Source: Sphagnum compactum | Taxonomy: Eukaryota | Direction: 5' to 3' | NCBI GenBank assembly: GCA_965153455.1 | Contig: OZ234493.1 | Location: 30,370,213-30,434,212 of the forward strand | DNA length: 64,000 nt | Shown: piece by piece, positions 50,532 to 63,689 of the stretch | Layout of the letters: each line of letters begins with the position of its first letter | Position numbering within the stretch: the stretch's first letter is position 1 | Translations under genes and position numbers: made by a program | Notes under the pieces: model-generated | Databases searched by the model: none | What the model was told of the DNA's origin: nothing | The model's input: only the letters and a program-made list of their open reading frames with translations

Positions 50532-53500
50532 GTCTATACAATGTACCACATTGGAATTTGCAATTCATTGCTATGTTTGCACTCTTTTTAACTTATGGGA
50601 CAACTTGTGGAATAACTACAAATTGTTGTATTTAGCAATAATACACATACTAATTAAACTTTTCTTTGTAATATTTATCAATTTTGCACTCATCAGATTG
50701 GTGTTTTACTTTCACATTTATGCTTTCCTTTTCTTCTTGTGACCTTAATTATGATGCACCAAAAATTAAGAACTCTATGAAGTCTTAGAGGTCATCCTCT
50801 ATAATTTTGGGTAGGTTAGACATGCTTTGAGTAGTCACTTGAAAGGAGTGAATTCCTGTTAAATTTTGAACTTGGTTTTCTTTGTTCAAAGTTGTGATGC
50901 TTTAGTTTTGGTAGGAAATGCAAAGTGTGAGGATCTCCTTGCTAATCATTAAGATGTTCAATAGATTTGGATTGTAAGATCCCAATGCAACAATGTGTTT
51001 ATTGATACTTAGGCTTGATTTTTCCTTTTGTGCTTATGATATGAATGTGCATTGTAAGTTAAAGGTTTAAGGCATTTATGGTACTGTTGAATCCCTTTCA
51101 ATGTATATATTTCCTCCCATCACTAAACATTAACCCCACACAATGTTCTAAATCACACATTTTACCAAACACTAAAATTTGATGTAATAGGATATGCCCA
51201 TATGTGTGTGCCATTCGTGTGCAATTTTATGTGCCATTATCCACCCTATCACCAAACATATATTTTAAACAAAATGTCAAATATTACTCCCATGGTTAAA
51301 CACTAGAATTTGATGTTCAAATATATGCCCCTAGAAGATTACATTTGTGTGCAATTTTATGTGCCCTTGTCCACCCTATCACTAAACACTTTATATAAAT
51401 TAATGTACACTTATTCCAAACAAATGTCAAATGTTACACCTATGACCAAACACATCTACAACTTGTCATTGGTTAAAATTGTGAAAATAGTTGAACATAG
51501 ATGTCTCTTGTTGGGCATTTGGTCATAGGTCATGTTATGCACATTGGTGAATGTTTGGTCCATTGTTCACAAGCCCATCCTTGAACTATTAAAACATTTA
51601 CCCACTAGCCTATGTTTGGTGATGGGAGTGCCTATCTTAGTACTTAAGGCATAAGTGGAAATCAACACTATTTACTACATGTGCACATGGTTGGCCTAGA
51701 ACAATTGCTGATGAGATTAATGCTAATTCAAAAAATGACCTTGACCTCGTGGAGGTTATTTTTTTAATTAACATTGATCACTTGGAACCTTTCTTTATAC
51801 TTTACTCCACATTACACCTTTTTGGCATGAGCAAAAATATAAACAATTGATGCGTAAAAAAGGCATCAAAGTTAAATGAAAGATGATATCCTCTCATTGG
51901 TTCTTTTCAAATTAATGTTGATCATAATAAGTCATGATTTCAAAGACATTAACAAAGGTTTGAGATCCATTATTTTTTTCGAGGTTTTTTTTTCAATTTT
52001 GTTAAGTAGATGGACTAACAACCATCCACAAGAGTAATAGACCAAATCTAGCTAGAGGTTAGGCGAGAAAGTAGAACTTTTAAAAAATCCATTTTGTTAT
52101 GGTGACTTCTATGACTTCAACATCTAAATGTGGTGACTTTTGCCTATGTAGTACCTTTTTAGGTTTGGCATCTCAGTGTCGAATAATTAATTTAATTTTC
52201 AGTTCTTAATTCGACAGTTAAAATTTTCAATTGAAAATTCTTGAAAATTGAAAATTCTTGATTTTTGTTTTGCATCAATTTTGCATGAAAGAATCCAGCA
52301 CGTTTGAGGTTTTTCTTTTCTTTGTGAAGTTTTGTGTGCATGAGGGTGTAAAAGGGGGTGTAAGAGAAAGAATGAAAGAGAAGTGCAAAGAAAGTAGCCT
52401 TGGCAAAGGAGTGTGAGAAAAATCTTGAAATGAGATTGTTTGTGAAAGTTCTTTAGTTTCCACTATGTGTTAATCATCAGTAGAGCCCCAAGAAATGTAT
52501 TGCAACAAGTTGTGATAGTGGACTTTCATAGTGAACAAGTAAAAAATATTGAACCTTCAATGAGTTGGTGTTCATGGAAAAGTTTGCACAAGGGACAAAC
52601 TACACAAAAGAACATAAGGGGTTTTTGAATTCAAGAGGTGAAAATTAGGTTTAAACAAAAACTTTTCAATGTCCATTGAAGAATTGAGCTATGCTGTTGT
52701 TATTTGTGTTATTTGACCTTCATTTTGACAATAATGATGTGAACAAACTTTCTTGCATATGTTTAAGCACTTTGATGACCATATTTGCTTTGCCATCTTA
52801 CTTTTTAAGGTGTATCAGCTTGGACATTGAACTTTTGAGGTCTACCACGACCAATTCAAGGTGCCAATTGATGAATTTAGGTCGAAGATTTATGAATTGA
52901 AGTGCAAATTAATCCAATTGAGGTTAGCCCATGACATTTGGAGGTTTGTTCTAAAGATATTAGGGTTTGTGATGGTTCTTGGAGGTTCATAATGGCTACT
53001 TACTATTAAATTCATGGATTCCTATGTGTTTGGTATGAAATCAACTAAAAATTCAAAGACTTTGTAACTCAAAACATGAGTAACCTTAAGAAAAAAGAAA
53101 GGTAGAGGAACCTTTTAAGTGAGTGAGTGATAAAAAAAATGGAGCTCTCACAAGTGAAAATAAGAAAATGAAAAAAAAATGATAAACAAAGGAGCCAACT
53201 TATGTAATTCCATCTATAAGAAACCCTAAAAATCATCCTATTTAATTCATACTGCAAACTCTAAAATAACAATGTAATGAAAAAAAAACAAGGTAATGAC
53301 CAAAGAACCCCGGGGGTATTCTCCAGAACAAGGACCCTGAACAAGGTGGGAGGTAAGATGCCATAACCTTGAAACATTTGGTTTCCGAAACTACTTTGTT
53401 GTAGCTATGTTGGCTACTGACTACTGTTTGGCATAAACTATTCATGAATTGAAACTGTATTCAAACACTTACCACTAGGTCATCAACTGCATGCCTAATC

Positions 53501-54267
53501 CAGCAATGTTTACTTGGGTACATTAGCTTCCAAAGACACAATCTGCAAAAGTGATATCAAAGTTTAACCCCAAAAGGACAGTCCAAATAAGTGATTTCAG
53601 AAGCCCCAAAAGCACTCAATTGCCTCTATATCAGTAGCCCACCCACCAGTCCACAGTTCATTCGCTTATATCATAGGGGGATTACGCTCCTCAAAACAAA
53701 GGATTCTGCAAATTCAGAGGTAGAGGGATACCCCAGATCTTCAACTCAACTAGACCTCAGGAGCTTCAGGCTCACCAGTCCAGGAACCCGAAATGACCTT
53801 TACCTGGTTGAAGTCATTCGGATAACTGAATCTGTGCCAAGTTTTGCCACAGGCAAAGATCAGGGAGGTATACTGTAGCAAGCTTGCATTCCATTAGTGA
53901 TAGAATCTGGCACAAGTGAGTTAGGTAAATGACCAAAGTAACAGATGTGCTTATGTTAGAAATCCTGTGCAAAGAGATACTGCAAAGATGCCAGCAGAGG
54001 GTTCAGCACCGGCTGTTACCAAAAAAATTAAGCTATTCACTACTAACCTTCAAAAGCAAGCAGAAGTATAACTATGAAGACCGCAATATATTAACAATTA
54101 CAGTCACTTCACACAACTACACCTTACTAACTTTTAGGACATGGAAACTTCTCCAAAGATGTACAAAGACATAACACCTTGAGAGGGCCTCACATGGGTG
54201 GTATTTACAGGTCATACCCTGGATATCAACACTGGAAACCTGTGAACACAAAGCCTCCCACAAAGCC

Positions 54268-56136
54268 TTAAAGTCCCTTCTTCTCTTTTGAAGGAGCCCT
54301 TGGGATTTTGCTCAGAACCGCAGCACCAAATTTGTTGTAATGCTTTTGGACCTCATCACCTGCTCTCAGCACATGATGGTCAATAATATCCTCGTACTTA
54401 TCATAGATGAACGGAATAGTGTGTGCCAAGATAACACCTGTTACAATGACATTGCAACAAAAAAAAAGTCAGTACAAGAGATTGGACTTTCAGTAGAAGA
54501 TCACCAGTGAAAAGAAGTAAAACATCAGTGAGTGCTCTACAGGGAGTAAGCAAATTTAGTTAAATTGTGTGAGAATAAGGGATTGCCGGCAAAACCAGGA
54601 ATGACAAAGCCACACTACCAGATGAAAGTGACTAAAGGAAAGTTACATATCAATGCTGCATTAGCATTAGCAGCAAGGATTTTCAGCAATCCAGCATTGA
54701 AATGCAGCTGTCTTTCAGTTGCTCTGATAGCAAGGTTTATCCAGGATGTAGCTCTCTGTACAATGATTTCAATCTGTTAAGACCACTTCCTTGGAAGGAT
54801 TGCATTTAAAGTTGTGATGAAGATAACTGTGACACTTTAACCTCATGCATTGAAATAGGCCAGCAGCATTGACAATTGCCCATGACGTGTAGCATAGATA
54901 CCAGAACATCTGGCATAAAAAAAATCTCATCTTTTTCTGCTTCAAAGATGAAACTTCAAGGCTTTTCATATAACACAAACAGAGCTTTGACATGAACCTC
55001 AGAATTGGGGAGTCACAATCTATGCATGCTCAAGCTACACACAATTGGTGGTATCCAACAAGCTGCCATCTTACCAATCCACAGAGCCGTGAGGAAATTG
55101 ACCCTTGAAGCCACAGTTGAGATAATCCACAGCAATGCAACCACCTGCAAGTATCAAGCAAGGGCTCAAAAACTGTGGGCTTAAAAAAATCATGATGCAA
55201 AAGCATTCCATTCAGGAGCAGATGTGGGTACCTTCAAGAAAAGCTTGAAATCCTTGCCTCGAGCTACATCTTGGACAACTTCCAAAACCTTGTTGAGTTC
55301 CACACGAAGAGCACTTGCTGTGCTGAGCACGACGTCTTCAGAGAGAGTTAGATCATGCACAGGAGGACCAGGCCTGTCAAACAGAAAGGGATGAGCTTGT
55401 CAATGGCATGAGGAATGAACTGCAACACAGAGATATATAACACATCACATCGAGCAGTCACAGACATGGACAATAGCATGCCAGCTGTAGTAATAGAAGA
55501 AGGCCAGTTCCGGAAGAAGATAATATCAAGAAACATATCAGTGACATACTGAAGAACCTTGACTTTAGAGTGTCCTTGTAACTGGACAAACCAGGAGGCA
55601 CACCTGTTCAGAAGAGCTGCCAGATTTGCCCACACAAAGAGGATGACGACGGTGAATAAGAGGATGTTGGAGAGTAGGGCAACCAAAGTGTATTGAGACT
55701 TCTCTAACAGAAACCATATGACTGTTGATCCAACAAGGATGGAAATGGACAGGTGTTTCTGTCTCCAAAGAAGCACATCCGCAACTGCAGAGACACAAAC
55801 TTGCAATTCAGAGATGCCAGAAACAAAAAAGATCAAATTTACTGAGAAACAAAATTTCAAAGAAATGAAATAGCCCAAGGAACACCTGGCACATATAGAC
55901 AAAATCAGCTGCAGCACCTGACAACCAAAACACAATGATTACAAGGAAACAAAAATTTCACCTTGTCCCCCACCAAGAAGCTGGTGAACAGATTTATCTT
56001 GGTTGAAGAGCCGCCGTGGTGCAGATACATATCTGTCTGAAGGAGCTGATGTAGAGGCTGGAGCATCTGATGCATTGTCCACTGCAGTGTGCAAGGCATC
56101 AGCTGCCACAGCTGACACATCAGTGTTTTCTGACAT
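54268..56136 (-). CDS. Reticulon-like protein B (RTNLB1-8 type), 245 aa
   Basis: Exons 56136-55962, 55784-55604, 55373-55232, 55144-55075, 54437-54268 (738 nt). RLF...SVHQLLGGG.VADVLLWR, long hydrophobic hairpins, HTIP.IYDKYED.ID, and a C-terminal KKGL (KKxx ER-retrieval motif). Predicted 5'UTR intron 56149-57188. Confidence 0.95.
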
Positions 56137-57512
56137 GGTGCTGTGCACCTGACTGCCACCCAATACACGATCTTAAAAGAGACTTCAGTTGCAAGGTATC
56201 TATGCAAATAATTTGTACCCAAACAACAACCAAATAAGAACAAATTGAGTCACTTTAAGGGCTGACAAATCAGTCACTCAACACCACAGAGAATTGCACA
56301 GCACTTTGTCTCTCAAAATTAACTGCTGCAGAACAGAAACATTATTTCCATAGGAAAATCCGTCATCCCTCCTCTCTAGGTCAAGAATTGAACATAGAAA
56401 CATCAATTTCTCACAAGCAAAGCTTCTGAAACTGAACTTTGAAGAGATCTGCTCTTGATGAAACATGAAACATCAAGCATCATGATGTATATCACATCAA
56501 ACATCATAAGCTGTATTTAAACTACACCGACATACTAGAAGAATCTATGAGAGTGTGCTCTCAGCAAGGCAGTAAAAGCAGACGGCTGCCTTGAGAGTCA
56601 AGTGGACACTGAAAACCCTTCTTCTAGGTCAAGTCTCTATACCCAGGAATCCGATATAGATGTCAAACTTGAGTAGTGTATTACACAAATCGCAGTCGAC
56701 TGCAATACTCTCGTAACCATAATGGACCGGAGAATGTCATACATCACCGAAGACATCTTCTATCAGAGGCCAGACATTCACTAGAGAACAAAGAAAGAAC
56801 GCATCACGAAAATTCAAGAAGCACTCGTCTGAAGATGGCCAGGAGGAAGAAAAGATGCCCTGCGAACGGTCAAGCCAACCCGGAGGGTGGAGATGCTTGG
56901 TCCAGGATCGATCAGGCCACCAAAGAGAAAACCAGAAACCAAAAGCTATATTGGACCTTTCGGTAAATGAAAAAAAACAGAAATATAAAGAGTACAACAG
57001 CAGAAAAGCAAAGCAAGGGGAAAAAATAGGCACATCACAACTGGGATATCCCAAAGAACAAGCGATTCAGCAAATCGGGAGCGGAAAGAAAAAAAGGGAA
57101 GAAAAATCACACAAATGCAAAAAGGAAAGGGGAAAATCTCGATGATGCTATAATTCTGTTTCATCAGGGGGGGAATCAAAGAACTAACCTTGGCCACAAA
57201 CGAAGCCTGAAGTGCAACCCGTTGCGCTGCAGGAAGGAAGAAAGGAAGGAACAAAACCGAAGGAATGAGAAAGACGAAGGATTTGCACTAGACAACCCCA
57301 TGGCGCCCTTGAGCGTTCAAGACCGTCGATCCTTCCACCTGTATCGCATCGCCACCTTCCGACGGGGGGATTTCTTTGAACCCCCGTTCACACAAGCCAA
57401 TAATAGGCCCTTCAAACATGAGAAGCCGAGCCAATCCACATGGCAAATTTCTATTCGCTTCTCCTGATCGTGCCCAACCATGTCAGCGGCCTTACTAACT
57501 TAAGGTCCTGAT

Positions 57513-60500
57513 CAGTGTTGGGCGGTTCTTAGAATGACGGGAAATATTACCCTCCCGTTATCAGACAGGTCATACAGTGTCGGGTGGTTCTCACTTGTTC
57601 GTGAAAACGGTCAGTTCCGGTTCTTAGGACTGTTTCAAAGAACCTTTGAGCCTTTCAAATTTTTTTTATCTAAAAAAAAACATTCTATCAAAATTTTGAT
57701 TAAAAAATGATAATCAGAATTATATGCAAAAAAAGCATGAATGAAAATGCATAAATTCAAGTTTTTAAATCTCAAAATTTCTTCTCATTTTAGATTCACC
57801 TTCAAATTTTTCTAACTCCTTTTCTGAATGTTCATCTGTCTCAATAAACTTTACTAAATTGGAAGAATATATATTTGCAACTAACTCTTGGGTCATTAGA
57901 TTAATTCTCGTTAATAAACATTAAAGTTTCCAAGTTTTCTGATTGTAATGACATCTCCTAAGGTTGGTGAATATGCCAACAAAAAAAAAAATCGCTTTAG
58001 TCTTTATTTTTTATCCAACAATTTGTAGTATCTATCAAGCAAAACAACCAATAGAGGAGAAAATATATTCATGTTTCTGCTACCATTCACACTTAATTTC
58101 CTTAGCTTTCACTTGAAATCTCTTAAAGATTAATAACTTTCCATTTAACTGGTTCTTTTAACTAGTTCACTTGTGTTGGCAATTATTTCAAAAATATCAG
58201 ATACAATCTTCATTAACTTTCTAGTCTACAAGTCCAAATCCAATTTCATAATTTATCACAAGATGTAAGTGATGATGATAACAATTCAAAAGCATAGGAT
58301 GCAAGGATTTTTTTGTCATATTTTTCAACAATTCAAATGCCTTGTTCATGATCAACAAATGAAGACACCAAACAAAGATTCTTAAATTGTGAATCTGACA
58401 TCAATGAAAACATGTTGTGAGTTTTTCTTTTTTCATATCTTCTTAAAAATGAAAGGAAAGAATCAAACACACTTCACGATTTTTTAATGTTTGAAGTAAG
58501 CAAAGACATTTCAAAGGCAATGCCAAAATCATCATCCATCAATTGGTTTAAAGCTAGTGCATTTCCAACTTCTTTTAACTTAAAACTTGTTGTGATGGTG
58601 GAGTTTAAGGCATCACTTAGCAATAAATGTTCTTTGGACTAGTTTAAGACATAAACAATGACAACTAGAGATAAGCAATCAACAATTGTTTGAAAAATAT
58701 GTTAAGTGAGAGGGTGGAATTTGAGTAAAAACATGAACAACAATTTGTGAATTATAACATAACATAATGATTTTTTCAAGTAATAAAGCCTCCTAAAACA
58801 AGATTATTTTGCTTGCAAACTTGCAAAATATTCAATAAAATGTTAGTGTTCTAAAAAGAAAAAAGATAAGATTGCAAACCAATTTACAACATAAATATAA
58901 ACATATATTTTTGAAAATTACCTTGTTTTTACAAGAGTATTTAACTTTCTTGGATGAATTCCAAATTCAATACAAGCTTTATTCCACTCCTATTTGCCTT
59001 TACCAAAATGTCTTAGCCAAATTAAACATTTTTGTAAATTAAACTAAGTAGATTTAATTGAAACATATTTAAAGTTTTTGCAAACTTTTTTTTTGTTGTC
59101 CTCTAGTCTTGGTATGCTTTGGAAAATACATGGTCAAAACAAGTGCCTTGGAAGCTTTCTTTCCAAATAAGTTTACAATTCACAACACATTTTAATGTTA
59201 ATGTGATTACATTCAAATTTGCACCTTCATCTTTCACACAGTAAATAACATTATTTTTCAAGCCATATTGATCCAACAATTGAATTAGGTTTCTTGCCAA
59301 GGCTTGACTTGTGGTTTCACCTACCTCAAACGACCTCATTGTGATATGTTTAAACTACCAATCCATACCTAAACAACTAATTATTAAAGTAAAAACATCA
59401 TGTGCTCCCTTGCATATCCATAAATCAAAATTGGCTACTAGAGAACAACATTTTTTCAATTTTGGCAAAACATACTCTTGTTTTGTCTTTTCCACCATAT
59501 CAAGTAAAACCTATCGTGAAAATAATTTTTTTAAAGGAAACACAACTTTTGGACATAAGTGCATTACAAAATGCTTCAACCATGTACTTTCCACAAATTG
59601 AATAGGTAAGTGATTTTTGACAACCAAAAGGCCAATTACTTTTGAAGAAATTATTTTTGTCACACAACATCTTTCTTAAAATCATCTTTGCACCAAAAAT
59701 ATCTGATATTTCAAAACTAAGCACATTGGGGTCTTTTTTTTGTAGGTTGCTTTTTCCAATACACTTTTCATTGGATTATTCATTTCCTTTTCAAAAAATT
59801 TGCAAACAAAACATGATTTGCATCCACATGTTTTTGTAATTTTGTTGTTTTATTTTTTAATAGTATAATATAATTCCTTGCCTTTCTTTGTTCATGGACT
59901 AAAAAGGACAAGACTAGTGTGACAAAATATACAACACATGATATAAAATATTTTTCCATCAATAATGTTATTGTCAGTTATAACATAAAAGGCCAACAAA
60001 ATGCATTGTTGTCATTGAGTTTCCATATTTCTCTTTTCACATGCAATTTTTGCAAATTTAATTTCGTCCATTTTTCATCATGATCAATAGTGTTTTATTG
60101 TGTTTGTAATTTTATTTTATTTTCCATAATTTCTATTAAAAGGTTCTTCTTCCATAAAAACTTGATCAAGGAAAAAATCACAAGAATCATTTTTTAGTAT
60201 TGTTTCATTTTCATTTGCTTTTGATCTTCCATTTTCCAACAACAATTTTCACAAGACGTGTAGATTAAAATGAAAAAGCTGAAACAAAAGGATATTTTGT
60301 CAAAAAATATTTGGAATGAGTTTTAATGCTTTACATTTTAATTGTTGATGACCTAGGAATTCTTCTTCAAAATCTAAACATTTACAAGAAATTTCACTTA
60401 TAATCATCATGGCAAAAAATAAAATAACAAAAAAAGATGTTCGATTTTTTTAAGTAGACAAAAATCTGCAAAAAAAACAAACAAATAAACAATTATTAGA

Positions 60501-61306
60501 ATAGAATAAAACAAAAAACGAATTGTAAAAGATATAATGAAACAAGACCAATTTTTTTTGAAAAGCATAAAAATTTAAAAAAACCAACTAGCAAACCAAA
60601 AAACCAAAAAAAAAAAGTTGAATTGATTTTAACATTTGTAAGAAAGAAGAGGGGAAATACTAATCTAAATAAAGAAAGCAACCAAGTGCAAAATAGTGAA
60701 GCAAGGGTGCAACAAAGCAAGGGTGTAGCAATGGAGGAACAAAGAAACGAGCAAAGAAACAAAGAAGTAATGAAACAAAGAAGTACTGAAGCAAGAAGTA
60801 GTGAAAGTAGCAACAAAGTAAGGGTGCAACGAAACAAGGGCACAACTAGGGAGGAATGAAAAAAAAAAAGCCAAGGGAACAACAAAAAGAACAACAAAAA
60901 GGAACAACAAAACAAGGGTATGCATAAAAATAATAATAAACAATAAACAAAGTTCGGCCAAGTTTTTGCTTGGCTCGTTTATATTCAAGAGCGTAGAAAT
61001 GAAAAGTCTGGAGTTTTTTATTTGTGATATTATTGAGCAACAATGCCACCTAAATCCAAAACCCTTAAATCTTACACTTAAAGCCTAACAAAAAACTAGC
61101 ACAAGTTTTTTTCATACCCGATCAGGTTCTTAATTATAGGTTTTCTTATACCTTTCCAAATTCTCATTGAGCTAGTTTTCACTCTCACTTGGTGCTCAAG
61201 TTTCATAGTGATTATTACTATTGGTGATATTAGTAAATTTCATTTTGAAAACCAGCTCGAAACCTGTTAATGTTCATACAAAAAAAATGAGAATCACCCA
61301 ATGACG
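57513..61306 (-). mobile_element. Decayed hAT element, copy B (inverted relative to copy A), with an extra MITE-like end at 57513
   Basis: TIR-like CAGTGTTGGGCGGTTCTT (57513) and CAGTGTCGGGTGGTTCTC (57575), with a decayed partner GAGAATCACCCAAT at about 61290. ORF 59103-59339 has VKDEGANL (second D) and GTCFDH (CxxH). Confidence 0.8.
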
Positions 61307-62014
61307 TGAATCAACGGTGAAAAATGTTTTGGAACATGCTTTGGTAGAACCCATTACCACCCAATGCATAGATGATGTTTATTGTTGAGCTTTGGTACCG
61401 GCTAGAGTAAATTAGTAGCCGCCAATGCACCAGTTCAAAATGAGGCCGTTCAAGCCATTTTGGGGATGAACCAAAAACACATCCTCTTCCCTTGCCCATG
61501 GATTTTTTAGCCCCTTTCTCTACCCCAAAAATTTTCCCCTCCTACCTCCCTCCTACCTACCTCCCCCCTCCTACCTCCCTCCTACCTACCTCCCCCCTCC
61601 TACCTCCTTCACCTCATTTCCTACTCACTCCATTTCCAGAGCTTAGGAGAGCTCCCAAGCTTGAGTAGCACAGAGCTTCGAAGAGAGGTGACACAACGCT
61701 TGAGAAATGTGGAGAGCTCAACGTCGAAGGAACGTGAAAAGGAGAAGGCAAGAGGAACGCTTCATCCCAAATGCAGAAGCGAAAGAATAGAGGTAAGCTC
61801 CCTCCCTTCTCTACATTTTTTTTCTCTCTGTTTTTTTTTCTTTTTTTCTGTTTAAGAAGAAAAAGACGCCATCATCTTCTTCTTTCATGTTTTTGTTCCC
61901 CACCTACCTCCCCCCTTCTTACCTACCTCCCCCTCTTGTCTTTTTCTATGTTATTGTTGCAACGAAGAAGGCAACGGCCAGTTGTTGTTGCCTTCTTTTC
62001 TATGTTTGAAAATT

Positions 62015-62750
62015 AAAAAAAGCGATGGCAGCAAGCTGGCATCGCCTTTTTCCTTTGTGGTTGGTGTTGCGACAAAAAGAAGGTGACAACAGCTGTCGTT
62101 GCCTTCTTCTGTGGCGAGTGTTGTAGAAAAGAAGAAGGCGACGGTAGCTATCGTCGCCTTCTTCTATGGTTAGTGTTGCAGAGAAAAAGAAGGTGACAAC
62201 AACTGTTGTTGCCTTCTTCTATGGTGGGTGTTGTAGAGAAGAAGAAGGTGACGACAGCTATTGTCGCCTTCCTTTATGGTGGGTGTTGTAGAAAAGAAGA
62301 AGGCAACGACAGCTACCGTTGCCTTCTTCTGTGGTGGGTGTTGCAGAGAAGAAGAAGGCAACAATAGTTGTCGTTGCCTTCTTCTGGGGTGGGTGTTGTA
62401 GAGAAAAAGGTGATGGTAACTATCGTCGCCTTCTTCTGGGGGGGGTGTTGCAGAGAAGAAAAAGGCTACGGCAGTTGCTATTGCCTTATTTTGTGGCAAG
62501 TGTTATAGAGAAGAAGAAGGCAACGACAGTAGCTGCTACCATCACCTTCTTCTTTGCCTTCTTTTATGGTGGTGTTGCAACAACAAAGGCGACGACAGCT
62601 TGTTGCCATCGCCTTCTTATCTGTGTTTGAGAAAAAGAAGACGACGATAACTTTCGTCACCTTCTTTGATGGCTTTGTTGCAAAAAAAAGTGACGACAAC
62701 TACCGTAGCCTTTTTCGGTGGTTTTGTTATGAAAAAGGTGACGATAGCAA
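62015..62750. repeat. Tandem array of ~36-bp palindromes, ~55-bp period, 10 or more units
   Basis: For example AGAAGAAGGCGACGGTAGCTATCGTCGCCTTCTTCT at 62130, separated by a conserved RTGGTGGGTGTTGYAGAG linker. Confidence 0.9.
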
Positions 62751-62762
62751 TGTTGGTTCCTT

Positions 62763-63583
62763 TGTCGCAACCCTACTTCGAGAGAGTGTGAGGATGGGAC
62801 TCACACTCCCAAAATGGGGACTTGGGAGTCCTCCGAGACTCCCAAAAATTTAGAGTTCGATTGCAGGGGTCAAAACACCTTGCATTCAGGATTTTTTTAT
62901 ATTATTGAAAAACTATTGAAGTGTAGATGTCGAAAATGGGCTTGCATGAGCCATTTGGATATCTTCAGCATAAATTATGGCCAAAAGAAGGGCCGAGAGT
63001 TAAATTTACAGTTTGACTCCCGACCATTAAAAGTCAGGAATCGACTCGACCTCGGTGTGTGCAGGTGAAGTGCAACACACTGTTGAAAAGCTCTCGACGA
63101 GAGCTACAACTTTGCTTTAGACCTCGTCTCAATCAGAGGTCCGAGCAAAGAGTTATAGCTTTGCAAAGTTGTGAAAGTCCAAACTGGGATAGTTTTGGGA
63201 CTCCTCCTTGGGAGTCTCGGGACAAAAAACCATTTGGATGTAGGCTCTGCGGAAAGACGCAGAGAATACTATATGGGGGAAGATGGTGGCTTCCCCTGAA
63301 TTCGGGCCGTGGTGAGTCTTGTGAGTCTAGAGTTGCCTGTGGCTTGTCCTAGCACTAAAGGTGATCCAAAAAGTGATATAACCAACTTGTTGGTTGGTTT
63401 GATGCAGATTCGAGTGAGTAACTAAAGCTTGTCACTCTTCCTAGTCCCATCTTGAAGCCTCAGCACGCCCCTCTACCCCTTTTAGTGCTGAGAGCTGGGA
63501 GCGTGCCCCGAGTTCCTCACAATTTCCCTGTTTAAGTAATTTAAACCCATCTTGGGTCTAACTAGGAACTTGGGAGCGCGTCA
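62763..63583 (+). mobile_element. ~820-bp TG...CA solo-LTR-like dispersed repeat
   Basis: Starts TGTCGCAACCCTAC and ends GGGAGCGCGTCA. Related to 1417-2324. No TSD seen. Confidence 0.55.
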
Positions 63584-63689
63584 CTAGTTCATTAAAATTG
63601 AGAATTAACAATGAAATGGTGGTTTTCTTGAATGTTGAAAGTTATAATGGCTAGAGGAAGCAGACTAAAGAAAGGTGGTGATTTGGAAG

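Noticed and set aside
60496..60988. Hydrophobic, membrane-protein-like ORFs
   Set aside because: Translation of a degenerate AACAAAG-rich repeat inside hAT copy B, mirrored at about 47.0-47.2 kb.
62015..62750. CRISPR array (palindromic repeat plus spacer)
   Set aside because: The linkers are conserved rather than unique, the repeats are degenerate, there are no cas genes, and the context is eukaryotic.
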